A stretch of DNA of 60,731 nt, counting the filler, from Basidiobolus ranarum (Eukaryota): assembly GCA_040143965.1 (NCBI GenBank). It is 7 parts of 7 records of this genome, joined end to end, with 100 filler letters (N's around TTAATTAATTAA, not from the genome) between each part and the next. Parts side by side here need not be neighbours in the genome. Positions count along the whole stretch, not along the records: positions 1 to 8,614 come from JASJQH010007824.1; positions 8,715 to 17,320 come from JASJQH010007825.1; 5 more parts are not named here. One strand, 5' to 3'. Below, piece after piece: positions 1-12,397 of this stretch. A program made the position numbers and the translations under genes. The first letter of the stretch is position 1. Each line of letters starts with the position of its first letter. The notes below the pieces were generated by a model. The model searched no databases and was not told where the DNA came from. It saw only the letters and a program-made list of their open reading frames with translations.

Positions 1-1697
1 AACCTAGTAGATCCAGCAGTCAAGTGACTCCTTCGAATAAAGCTCGAACCACAATAATCGATGTGTGTATTTATGCTTTGGTAACACCAAGATTTTCTTT
101 TTCAACATTCCGCTTGGTAGATAGACTTGGCCAATCAAACTACCATGCAACCATCACAGACCAAAAACTTATTCCTATTATAAATAGATAGATTATGATC
201 TAGTTTTCATTTAGCTTGATTCATCTGGTTGAGAAATTCTAATACCGGGGGATATGCATGGGGACTGTAGGAATAGAGGAGACCCATCCGTTTACCACAT
301 TTCCCACATATGGCCCTGGAATTCTAGTATATTGATTAAGGAGAATTCCTGCTAGTATGTTGGACAACGAAGGAGTATTTCAACTTTTTGAGAACGAGCT
401 TCAATGTAACGATTCGAAAATATATAGATCATATATCTAAAGTGAACTTCGTGGTTTTCGGAATTCATTGATACTTACACGCAAGTTAACATTCCCTGGA
501 AGAAGCCTCTTTTCCCGGTATATCCAGTCATTTTCCATGAGCAATAATACCACGAAACCTGTAAACTGTAGACTTCTGGCTCAATGGGGAATATGCATGT
601 TTGTGTGATATGCATTGATTTTTTTCTGTTGACTAAAGTCTGACAGGAACCCTAATATCAGCCGGAAGCACTGTAAAGCGATACAATCAATGTGTCCTCA
701 GTCGAAGGGGATTTCAGATATACCACACGAAAGTTGGCATTCGGCCAGTAGTCCAGTTGAGGTTTGGAGATACCCGTATTAGGTAAGTTTCATCCAGACT
801 GCCCGCAATCAGAAGGTTTCATGGCACCAAGATTAAATTTCGAATATCCAATCAAGTGTATAGTTTGTACATGGCGCCACTCCAAGTATCAACCCTACTT
901 TGATATATACGTATTGTGATTTCAGGTCAATTTTTTCAACAGGCATAATGGATATGTTGGCTTTGATTTAGTGCAACCTTACTCTAATCACTAAAGATAA
1001 AAAAAGGTACTGGGAAGGCATCATCTGGAAGTCGAGGTAATCTAACTAAAGACGCACTGGTGAACACAAGATTGCCACACTAACTCATGATGGGCTAATA
1101 ATGTGTAGATCACCACCTTTTAGCTAATCATGTTATTGATATACATTGACAACCGTCTATTACTAAAAGTATCTACATTCACCTAGAAAAGAAACCCTCT
1201 CAAATCTTGTGCTATTCATTAAGTTACATGTGCTTGATTCCAAGAGGGATTCTTTTCAGCTTGTATCTCAGTAGCTCGAAGTAGTAACGAATGATCACCT
1301 ACCATTGCTGATGCAAATTAATTCCAACCCTTGTAGGCCAGCTTTTGAAAAGAAAATTCAATTTGGCTACATATCTTTTACTGCGTATTCTAGTTGGTCC
1401 AACAATACGATCCTCCAAATATAGTTATCTTAAACATTCATAAAGGTCTGGTCATGACTGCACACTCGATGTATGAACTATAAGTCAGGATATTATAATA
1501 TTTTAGCCTAATTCAACTTTACTACCACAGCTACTTTCACCATACAGCTAAGCAGGGCGGTTAGAGTACGCAAGTGATCTCTTCAATCAATTGTAAAGAT
1601 TGGAATAACCAGGTTTTTAGGGATATTATAAGGACTTTATTTAAGAACACTGAACTCTTTGAGATACCGAGGTGAGTGAGTGCACAGTAAAACACAT

Positions 1698-2688
1698 TCA
1701 CACCTCACGGAAAGGATATTCGATTTGGCGGCCAACTAGTCTCCAAAGTTTTCTTCTTTTCTTTGTAACAACATGTTCACCATTTACTTCTACGCAATTT
1801 TTACTCTTGAATTGGCTTACAAAAACAGGATCCCTGATATAATGATACTTTGGTTAGACTTTTCGCTAGAAAATAATTTAAAACATTGACGTAATTACCA
1901 AAGCTCTGACGCAACTCCAAGGTCTTTACAGCAACGAAGCAACGCATTACTTTTGCACCCTTCAGCTGCTGTAGCTAGTCCGTTAGGATCAAAGTAATCT
2001 TGCTCTCCTCGAGCCTGAGAAACAAATCGTCCATGGCATATTAAAGCATATTCACGTGAGATATTTTTGGATGTAACACTATGTGGCCCACGTGGAGCTA
2101 AAGCCCAACCTAAGATACAAAAGGACTTAGGATTTATAAAAAAGTAAATATTACGTTTTTTAACGAAACAGACCACCAGGACCGAACGCTCTATTCATAA
2201 CGCGACGATATTTAATTTCTGGTAAGTATAAAAGGCCATCTTCAGAAATAAAGTATTAGCTTTCATGATATATCACTAGGAAAATAGAATCGTCCGTATG
2301 AATTACCAGGCTTTACTTCTATATCTTCTTTATCAAGTGGTTTCATTAAAATCTCTGCTACAACGCTATCAAAGGGCTTTGAACCAACGCCGAAAAATGA
2401 TTTTGTCCAATCACGTTTACGAGTAGGGTGGTTTATATCATTGAAGTCACCCAAAATTGAGTCGTTACTGGGTGCATCGACATTTGAAGTATTTTCACTT
2501 CCAGGGGCACCATTTTGCAACAACAAAGAAGACCCAAAATTACGACGAAGTACTCCCTACTCATGAATAAATTGAATACATACTCCTAATAAAGTCAAAG
2601 TCAAAACATGAAATACCGTAGAAGCAAGGACTCGTGGTAATAGAGTAGAAGAGATTATACCACTACGTAAAATTGACTGTTGGTACAT
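1698..2688 (-). CDS. MGM101: Mitochondrial genome maintenance protein Mgm101 (Rad52-like ssDNA annealing protein), 5 exons
   Basis: Manual splicing gives [10 protein letters not shown]...[29 protein letters not shown]...[22 protein letters not shown]...[26 protein letters not shown]...YPFREV*. These are the Mgm101 signature blocks. The N-terminus resembles a mitochondrial presequence; introns are GT-AG. Confidence 0.95.
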
Positions 2689-2958
2689 GTTGAAAAGTAG
2701 AAGAGAAATAGATACAGAAATCTGTTGATATAATATTTATCAATTCTTTTTTTTTAATCATGTACAAGTCCAACTAAGAATTAATCATCTCTTCAACATG
2801 ATTCATCAACCCCAAATCTATTATCTATATTTGTTGATTTCCGCAATACCGGTGTGAAATGCGGTCTGCAATCGAATAATTTCTATACTATATAGAATCA
2901 CCCTCGGGGTCAGCACTCATATCAAGCAAAGCCACTCACTCCTGTTACCTTCTAAGAA

Positions 2959-5084
2959 ATGGATCCTTTACCACAAGAACCTACTTTTAGTCACCAACTA
3001 AGTAAAGCCTTCAATTCGCCGCTGAGTCCAACCTCCGAAACTAGAAGTATGCACTCGCCGGGTACTAATTCAACAGAAAGGACTAGCTTATCTTTGTTTA
3101 TAAATTTACCGTCTGAAACTTCCTCTGTGAACTTGGATTCTCCACTTGCCTTTAATTCTTTGGAATTTTCTCAACAGTTACCTCTACAAAGCCCCACCAG
3201 CCTACTCTCCACAAGCTCGAGTATAGTGAGTGTCGGGTTTGTATTTGTTTAAAGCATTAATAATTGTGGAGTATTATTAATCCTGGCTATCATAACTAGT
3301 AAGGAGCGGAAACTCTCAATACATAAGCGTGCCAAGTTTCCCGACCTAACCTCCAGTACACTTTTTTATGATATCCCTAATGTAATACATTTCCAAAGTG
3401 GAAACTCGGGATGTTTCTTATTCATGATACTTACCATCACTGTAGAATGACCCGCTCACGGATATGCTTACTCGTCATGCTACCACTGACCATCGAAAGC
3501 GCTCTTTGTCCGTGAACAAACCATTTATTAACCGAGAAGATTTGGATATTGTTTACGAGATGATGGTAGGAATAACACTATATATCTAAACTATAAATTA
3601 CTGTTAATAATTAGTCACTGGTTTTGGTATTCATCGACTGAACGATTTTAGAAACAAAATTCATGGTGGAGCTTGGCAGTTTCCTGTCGTAAGCGGATAA
3701 TTAATTCAGAGCCTTTCGAGTTAGAAAGGATATTATTTGTAAGGGATTTGTTGAAATACCATACCATCCATCCCCTCATCCATATCTTAACATGAGATTC
3801 TCCAGTTGTGGTATTGTAGAATACTATCTTTGGTTAAGCTAAGGATGCATTCCTTGGCTGCTGGTGAATTAGATCGTTTGGGAAATTTAGATCGTCAAGA
3901 ATTTCAATATGAAAACTATCCTGAAATTTACCCAGACCATAAAGCTGGCTCCATCGTTCCATTTGAGTTCTTAGTTCTCGCAGCAAGAATTCCAGCATAT
4001 ATGGGAAATAGCCAGGAAACTATCAACAAGTTATATAAGATTATCTTCACGTGTAAGAAGGTAAGCAAGTATTACCATTGGAATGGGAAACATACCTTTC
4101 ATATTTCTCGCGTAAACTTTGTAGATGAAATTGAGGCTAAAGTATTCGGAAAATACCGAGGGTAAGTCCAAAGTAGCCCTTGCTCCTTCAAATGGTAATT
4201 AATCAGCATCTTGATGACAGAACAACAGATGTGGGCTAGTAGAGAAGCCCAATTGTCGTTAACGGTCGTCAATCATTTGATCGAAATGAAGGCAAATTAT
4301 CATGCTTCATGTTAATGATTGAGCATCTCTAACTAGTCTCGTTTCTTTACAATGTTCAGGATGCCAATGCAGCAACTTCGTTGATGGCTTATATTTGTCA
4401 ACAATTCAAGACGCAGCCTGAAGTATGGTCGGCGTTGGGACGTATCTACATTCAAGTAAGTTAAGCAATCAATGCATTCATGGAAAGTGAGTATATTTCA
4501 CTCAATGAACCAATTCCATTGGTATATGTACAAAAGACCGGGAACTTAAAACAGGCTCAATGCGCTTTCAAGCATGTGGAAGATTTAGCAAGGGAGCAAA
4601 AATCCTTGGATGAAACTATATTGTTAAATAGGTATTACGACTTGTCCGTTTATTCTAATGTCAGATTATAACATATACTACCCCTGTTCAGCTCCTATGT
4701 TCAAATGGCTGAAGGGAAATGGGAGGAAGCTTGGCACACTCTGAATCGTGTATTAGAAATCAACCACCGAAATTCTGCGGTATTATTTCCAGTTAACTCT
4801 CAAGCTATACGCTCCACCTCTCTTATTCATCTGTTCAGGCTGCAAACAATCTTGCATTGTGCTCTCTATACATGGGCAGAATCAGCAATGCAATTGATAC
4901 GCAGGAGAGCCTAATCTCGTTTGCCCCTTCTACAGTCGGCAATTCGGAAACAGTCCTATTTAATTTGTCTACTTTTTACGAAATGAGAACCGACAATAGC
5001 CTTGAAAAGAAACGTCGACTAATGGTTGAAGTAGGGAAATGGGCAGGTGACGGGTTCTCTGTGGATTGCTTTAAACTCAGTTAG
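2959..5084 (+). CDS. TRAPPC12: Trafficking protein particle complex subunit 12 (TPR protein), multi-exon
   Basis: LWYCRILSLVKLR...GNLDRQEFQYENYPEIYPDHKAGSIVPF, TPR segments (VWSALGRIYIQ, AANNLALCSLYMG) and the C-terminus LFNLSTFYE...GDGFSVDCFKLS match recalled TRAPPC12 motifs. Boundaries of the early exons are approximate. Confidence 0.85.
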
Positions 5085-5856
5085 CACCATATGATCTAAC
5101 ATTACAAACAATTATGAACGCTGTTGAATACGAAAGTTCGGATTCTGTGCCACTGTATCGCCACTGGAAATCGAACGTGCTGAACTCCTATCTAACAAAC
5201 TGTAATTATCGATTGTGCCAGATGTAACTTACACGTAGTAATAAAGTTGACTATAGTTACCGAGCTCACTATCTGATCCAGAATAGATTTTCAGACTCAG
5301 TAACAATACGATGCAACAATCAATTCTCATAATGTTTGGAAATGGTAACAAAAACTAATTAAAGCGCGAAGAATCCGTACCTACCTTGAGTGCCTCCAAT
5401 ACTAGTCGCAGTCAATCCCGCACCACCCCTAAGAGATGAAAAGTTGTGACAAGTGTGGTTTGGTTTCATCCCAATATGCAGCTCATCGCACAACTTGCCT
5501 ATTTCGGAAGAATGATATGAGTTTAAGGAAAAATAACACTTTGATTAGGGCTGGCTCGCTTTTCTAACATATTATTTGTATCTTGGGGCGTGCAGTTTGC
5601 ACTTGTATCCTGAATATGAAAGGTATTGTGAAACAATGCAAGTGGCTACTTCCTAGACGTTCTTAGCCACTCCTTCCTTCACTTATCACTCTTGTGCGAA
5701 ATTTTATTTGAACCTAATACCTCTGCCATTGCTTCTCACTCTTAGAGCTTCTTAAGCGTCTCCTGCCGATATCTTCACTTCCCACGTATTTAGTAATAGC
5801 CTTTGGTTAGCGAAGCAACTATTCCTACCCGAAAGGCACTTTAACAAATCAAAGTA

Positions 5857-7575
5857 ATGCCTTGTTGTGGTGGCGACGCAAAATGGAAACGAGAGTTTAT
5901 AAACGACCACAAATTCGACTACGTAGATGTGGACGAGTTCATTGATGGAGGTTTTATGACCAAACTGAAATATTGTTTTGTGTTTCTATTTTCGTTGAAG
6001 TCTATTCTCATCTATGTGCTGGATATCTACACTGCTGTAATGTTGGTTGTCTTTAAAACTTGGACGAATTCCCTGAGTACTGACTCAACGGAAGTAAACA
6101 AACGCCCCTTCATTCGTTGGATTTTCGTCGCTTCTATCGGTGTCTCCTATATTCTACTGTTCTTAGAAATGAGGAAAACTCGGGCGATTATACTGTCAAG
6201 AGATATATCCTACACTTTCACGTCTATAATGGCCAATCGATATTATACGCTTAGATCATATGCCCATTACTGTTTCTTCAAACAGATACATAATCAAAAG
6301 AGATTCAAAGATGAATTGGCATTTTTTGTGTTTTTCTCTTTAAAAGGTAAGGGAATTTTTGAAGAAGTATCAAACACAATTTTGCATGCTTACACCGTCC
6401 ATATCGACAGGCTGGAAAAGATTGTTTTTTGCTGAAGCCCCACGTCAAGTAGTTAATGGGTATATTTTAGTACATGCAATACTCGATGGTGTCAACATGT
6501 TTTTGAAGTATGAGCAACACCACCATCTCTCCTGGACATCGAAGATCGAAGCTATCATTGACTATACCCTGGATGATGATCTTAATAGGAAACTAACATT
6601 CGTAACCATGGGAATACCATGTTTGCTTTTTATCATCTCAGCAATTCGAACTTTGTTTGCCGCCTTTCTTTATTTATTTTTGGTCTGCGAAATACGTGGA
6701 AATTTGAAAGAGTACTGCTGTCACAAAATTGATAAAAGGTAATTGGATAGCTATCATACATATCTTAGATATCTGAATTCTTCTAAGCTTTGTCGTCACT
6801 ATCCAGAATCGCTGAACTATTACGGTATAAAGCTCGTACACGTGCTCGCAAAGATAGAATCCAAAATGGAGCAATTCATCCTACCAAGCCAGTCATGGAT
6901 GGCTTCGAAGATTTGATAATGATGGAGACGGTTAAGAAATCAGTAGTACATGGTGAAGGCATCATTGCTGACGAGAAACGAGCCATGCCAACGCGCTCCA
7001 TCACGCCAAACTTCTCCGATACTTCGCCTGGTAGACTGGATGCCAATCGCCAGCGAACTGCCCAGCCTACACTTCCCAGAATAGACCTTGATCTTACTGA
7101 GTCCAATCCATATGGACCACAGGCAACAGGTCAAGTACATGGGAATCGAGCATCCCGTTTTTTGGCATCTTCATTAGGCCGAAATGAATATCTGGAAGTT
7201 GGCAGTTGCGCAAATTCAGAATGCTCAGAGGACAGTCATGATACTTACTACATGAATGGATCCAAATCTTCACGTTCCCTTGATCAGCATTCAAACTCTT
7301 CTCAATCTGGACAACGACCATCTAGAAATCAGTATACTAATGATCATCGGATACGCTCTTCTTCACCAACACGTAGTGAAGCGTCCTCACGTAGTCGTCC
7401 CGGTTATGCTCCCTCTAACAATGGGAGAAATCTGGGCGTTTATATCGAAGATGATGAAGATACATCCAACCGATATCAAGATAGCCACCACTCCCCATCT
7501 CACCCTAGATCCAGAAGCAAAAACAGTAGGAATCCTACAGTGAAGCCTGGCACCACTGGTGCAGTTAATTTCTAG
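5857..7575 (+). CDS. KCH1: Kch1/Prm6-family fungal potassium transporter/channel; exons 5857-6346, 6411-6738, 6807-7575
   Basis: N-terminal KWKREFINDHKFDYVDVDEF, hydrophobic helices, YYTLRSYAHYCFF, GWKRLFFAEAPRQVVNG and NLKEYCCHKIDKRI, then a disordered Ser/Arg-rich tail. Introns preserve the frame. Confidence 0.8.
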
Positions 7576-8614
7576 TACACTGTTAGCCAGATTGCTTCAG
7601 AGCAAGTGTATTTTTTGCATATTGTTACTTTACATATATGATAATATACAACGCCACAATTACTCCTTCACTGTCATCTGTTTATTATCACTGCTTGAAA
7701 TATTAGCTTTCACCGTCATCTCTTTAATCAATTACTAATACGATTTCCTTCAGAAATAGTTAATATAAACGTATTTATTTATATATAATGTAGAAAATTC
7801 ACCTGCTCTTTACTAATTCAATATCTATTCCCAGCTTGAGTTAAGTACTTGGTTGAATTGAAAGTTAGTCGATGTTTTAGTACGGATATTACCACACTCA
7901 TTCATGCAAATAAGAAATAAATTTGAACGACTCACGGTTGAGAATCATCTACTTGAAAATAGTATATGTGCAGGGTATTATGTTACGATGCAGCCAAGAC
8001 ACTAATAAACGAAGGACGGATTCTCAAAGGCATGTAGGGGTGACTGATTGACGTGAACTCAATGCAAATCGGCTTGCTTTGTGCAGTCAATCTATTCCAA
8101 AGCAGTGCTACATTTCGATCAGTATACAGTCCAACTCAACTATGAATTCTTTATTTTATTTTAGTAAGGTATGGTACAGGTAATATGATTTTTTAAGATC
8201 TAATTGAATTATAGGCTATGATATTATCTTTATGTACTAAACTACAATTTTTACATCGAATGCAAATGATAGTCCGTCCTTAGTCCCGTCCGAATAAGAG
8301 AAATCCGCGGTTTCGTGAATCAGCTTCTTGGGCCTGAGTAGGGGAATTTGTTGCGTGTGAGCTCAAAAATCCTTCAATCCATACCTTTCGGGCAGAAATT
8401 TTAGCAAATCCCTACATTCAAAATCAGTCAATAGAATGATATAAAAATCCAAAAAGAGATTGTTTACAGATGGGAATCCGGGTTCACAGTTTCGAGTGAA
8501 GCTTGTTACTCCTACTAGGATGGGAGCGCCCTTATCATTGATTTGAACTAGGGGACCACCACTATCACCAATACAAATATCTAAATCAAGAACGCGTTAA
8601 TAAGCATAAAATAG

Positions 8615-8714
8615 NNNNNNNNNNNNNNNNNNNNNNNNNNNNNNNNNNNNNNNNNNNNTTAATTAATTAANNNNNNNNNNNNNNNNNNNNNNNNNNNNNN
8701 NNNNNNNNNNNNNN
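8615..8714. other. Artificial contig linker (N44-TTAATTAATTAA-N44)
   Basis: Identical 100-nt spacer with stops in all six frames; occurs six times in the window. Confidence 0.98.
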
Positions 8715-9670
8715 ATAAATAAAGCTAACTGAACCTTTTGGTTTAGTGTGTGTCTCAACAAATATAGGATCTCAACACTTCTCAGTGTTCCTCAACAAAT
8801 TCAATATTCCCCTCTCATTTCTATCTAAGCCTAGTATCCACTAGCACCTACAGAACACCAAGCCTAGCTGCCTAGCAAACCTACTCTCTACCATAACATA
8901 GCAACCCACTGCTATTCCCAAGACATATATTAGTTAGATCTGCTCTGCTTATATATCCTGCTTAAACAGTTCTAAGATTCTGCACTTAACTGTTTCTTTG
9001 GTTCAGTAAAGTTCAAGACTTTTATCCACTTTTCTCCTGGACACAACACTTGCTCATCAGAATGACCTGAACAATGAATAGGTACCTTCTATCCAGAACA
9101 GGTATAAGTAAGCTATCAGGATGCCTGCATTGCAATAAATTGCTAGTTGAACTAACTTAAATAGGCTGTTTAAGATATTGGTACAATTATAAAGCTTACA
9201 TATATGCTACAGTTAAGCATAAATTAGGCCAGCCATCATAGTAAAGAAAGCTAATACACATTTATAGGTAAAAAAGGATTATGAAAAATATGAAATTGAC
9301 TTTAATATACTAACTATACCAAATACAAATGTATATAGCAAAAAGTAGTGGAATTATCTCCAAAATGTCTGAGATTGGTATTTGGGCTCTGTTCAAGCTG
9401 CATGTTAAATATGCAGTGGCATGATGTAGTGAATGAAGAGATATTGCTATCTGAAATATGGCTGCAAAAAAGTGAATCAATTTTGAGCTATAGTGTACAT
9501 GTAGGTGCTCAAATATACTGATTGAGCATACTCAGGCATTGTCAATATAGTGCCTGGAGGAACAATTATATTCATCCTCAAGATTCCTAACCATGTAAAA
9601 CCTCTGAATAAATAACACAATGGATACTGCATTAGGCTTGAATATAACCAATGGTAATGCATAGAGTGTC
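8715..9670. repeat. Degenerate CpG-depleted repeat relic, class not identified
   Basis: Essentially no CG dinucleotides, no intact ORF; composition like the TE contigs. Confidence 0.45.
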
Positions 9671-10220
9671 CGACCTTCAATCTAAAACACAACTTCTTGG
9701 TATGCAACATCCTCACAAGGAACTATAAATCGACGCAGATCTAATAATAATAAATAAACAACACACTGTATAGTCGGCTCTAATGTTCCAACACTATGAC
9801 CAGTACCATGGCCCAACTCTAAAGTTCATTGAATATAGGAAACTCACTAACTTGCATCCAGGTTGTTCTTGTCAGGAAAAGACTGCCACCAATTAACTTA
9901 CGTTCCGTGTTTACTTTATTATTGCTTTATTTTGACGACGTTTATTCATCAGCAACTAAGCTCTGCCTTATATTACTCGATCACCCAGAGATCCTAAATC
10001 ATGGGAATTACCCAAAAATTGTAATATATTCTACGACTACCTCGCTCATTGATTTACACTATCCAGCAATCAGCGAAGTCAAATTCTAATCAAAAACATC
10101 ATCTACCTCCGGATCCACATTCCTCGAATTGACAGAATTCGCAAACAATATGTGACCTCGATACATTCTTTGCAATTCAACTCGTTTCTTTCGTTTCTGC
10201 AAGTGTCAAACCAAATCACC

Positions 10221-11104
10221 ATGTTTATGCAATTACTTTCTTATCTTGGACTGACATTAGGCTTCTCGTTGATAGTTTTAAGTATAGGTAGAGGTGAATT
10301 CCCTGAATCCTTATTGTGACCCAGACTAATCCGCTTTGGTTTTAAACATTTAGCCTGTGGTCTATATTATTTGTCCGAATTAGTAGAAGAGCATACTGTA
10401 GTCACTAAAAGACTCATTAAATACATTACTTTGGTAATACTCTAATATTTAGTTGCTGTATGTATGTGCTCGATTTGCTCATGACTTCTGCTCTTCAAGG
10501 TTGTTCTCGGTATTCATGCGCTATTGTTATTTGACGGACTTCCTTTCTGGCGCATTGGATTTTCGGTTTTGTGCCATGGAGTTTACAGCTTGAATCTAAG
10601 CAATTTTCCTTTCATCAACCTGTTAGGAGTTCCTTTTATTGCCAGTTGTGGTGAGTTTAGTCAAACCTTCTTTTATGATACGAGTTTTACTAAAATGAGT
10701 TGTTGTAGCGATGGTCCTTGCTGATCATTTCCTCTGGTTCCAATATTTTACGATTCGACCCACGCCTGTAACACATATTGGTTCCTTCTTTGCTATATGC
10801 GTCTGGCTAGTACCTTTTATTTACTTTATTTCGCTGAGCGCTAACGATCTTACCTTACCTAATTACGGTCAGTTTCTTGATTATTATCTGATTATGAATG
10901 CTATTAGAACATATATGAATAATGCTTTGACAATTTTTAGGATCAGTATCTTCCCAGCCAACTCCCTCTTCACCCCAAGTTGGATCCATCAACATTCAGA
11001 GACGATACAAAGGTACAGGCTTACTCAAATCCTTCCTCAATGTGATACTACGCAAAGGAGATGATGTACTACCACGCTCCGGCTCGACCAACAAAGAATT
11101 TTGA
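10221..11104 (+). CDS. SVP26: Svp26/TEX261 COPII cargo adaptor membrane protein, 5 exons
   Basis: MFMQLLSYLG...ACGLYYLSELVEEHTVVTKR...LADHFLWFQYF...SFFAICVWLVPFIYFISLSANDLTLP are the Svp26/TEX261 signature blocks. Confidence 0.9.
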
Positions 11105-11740
11105 GAAATTGAATTGACCTTGGGTATTTTAAAATATAACGTGTTGCCGACTACAATTTCAGCATGTATATATGATGCATCTTTGATCAATAGGTACTTC
11201 ACTGTGGTTCAATCTTGAGAAACATTCCACTTAGTGACCCATCTTTTCTAAATAAAAGCAAATATATATTTTCACTATTTGGCATTTCTTCGTGAACCTT
11301 ACTGTACACCATCGTTCTATTTTCATGAAGTGATTACACTTTCAGCTGTTTTGTGTCAACCTCATTGTCTCCCAAGTAAATATAAAAGAGATAGAGAATT
11401 TACAAGCCGAACTTGATGTATTCAAGCTAATGTGGAATATACTGATCTAGATTAGTTTATGTGGTAATCACACCTATTTGGGAACAACAGATGAGCGATC
11501 ACTGATGGAATATGGTAATTAGTACGTAGTTGGTGGAACTGAGAAACAGTCAGATTGAGACAGGTAGAATAGGACTAATACAGGGTATGACTTAACTATG
11601 ACTATTTAACAACCGCGGGCTGATTACGAGGGTTACTAATATACTAGTTGACAATGCGATTTTAATATACATCTAGAGTAGTATTCATACGTCAAGTCAT
11701 CTACTTTTTCTAAAAACGCCTCTGTTTTATACTCGTACAA

Positions 11741-12397
11741 ATGAATTCTTTAGTAATGCTTAGACCAAGGTTTTCCAACTCATTGAGAAATCCAATTGTT
11801 CGCTTCAGTAGGCAACATGGTTCACTATCACAAAGTAACCCTGTTATCGCTAAATCTCTATGGAAGTCCAGCTATTTGAGCTCACGAAATGTTCTCAGTA
11901 CCTTCACCAACCAACATCCCCCATTAATCCAGCAACACTTCAAAAATACTGCGTCCCGTTCTTTTCGTCGCTTTAGCACTAATGGTGAAGCCAGTCCGAA
12001 CACACAAGTTCAGAAACCAGGGAAAATGAAAGAACTACTTCGAAAATATGGTCGTACAGCGACAGTTGCGTATTTAGGTTTGTCAGTATTGGATTTCCTT
12101 GCTTCTTTTGCCTTGGTTTATTCCGGGGGTGAAACGTTTGTCAAGGCAACTGAAGAATGGGTATTACAGTGGGGGAAGCGATTAGGTGTATTTGATAACG
12201 ACAAGCCATCTGATGTATATTCAGAAGAGGGAAAGAAAAAGAGTTCACTTACTTCAATGTTAGTTATAGCATACACTCTACACAAATTATTAATCCCTAT
12301 TAGAGTGCCTCTAACTGCCGCGGTGACTCCCGCTTTAGCCAAGAAATTTCAAAGTATGGGCTGGACATTCTTGGTGAAAGCGCCTAAAAGGATCTGA
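11741..12397 (+). CDS. DUF1279 (FAM210/Nat2-like) mitochondrial membrane protein, intronless
   Basis: Arg/Ser-rich presequence followed by KMKELLRKYG...AYLGLSVLDF and IAYTLHKLLIPIRVPLTAAVTPALAK, typical of DUF1279. Confidence 0.85.
   Translation: MNSLVMLRPRFSNSLRNPIVRFSRQHGSLSQSNPVIAKSLWKSSYLSSRNVLSTFTNQHPPLIQQHFKNTASRSFRRFSTNGEASPNTQVQKPGKMKELLRKYGRTATVAYLGLSVLDFLASFALVYSGGETFVKATEEWVLQWGKRLGVFDNDKPSDVYSEEGKKKSSLTSMLVIAYTLHKLLIPIRVPLTAAVTPALAKKFQSMGWTFLVKAPKRI

Noticed and set aside
7980-8560. Possible tRNA or other ncRNA in a GC-richer patch
   Set aside because: No cloverleaf, A/B boxes or snoRNA boxes could be assembled.
8659-8670. Recurring TTAATTAATTAA palindrome as a biological motif
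   Set aside because: Always centred in N runs; it is an artificial six-frame stop linker.
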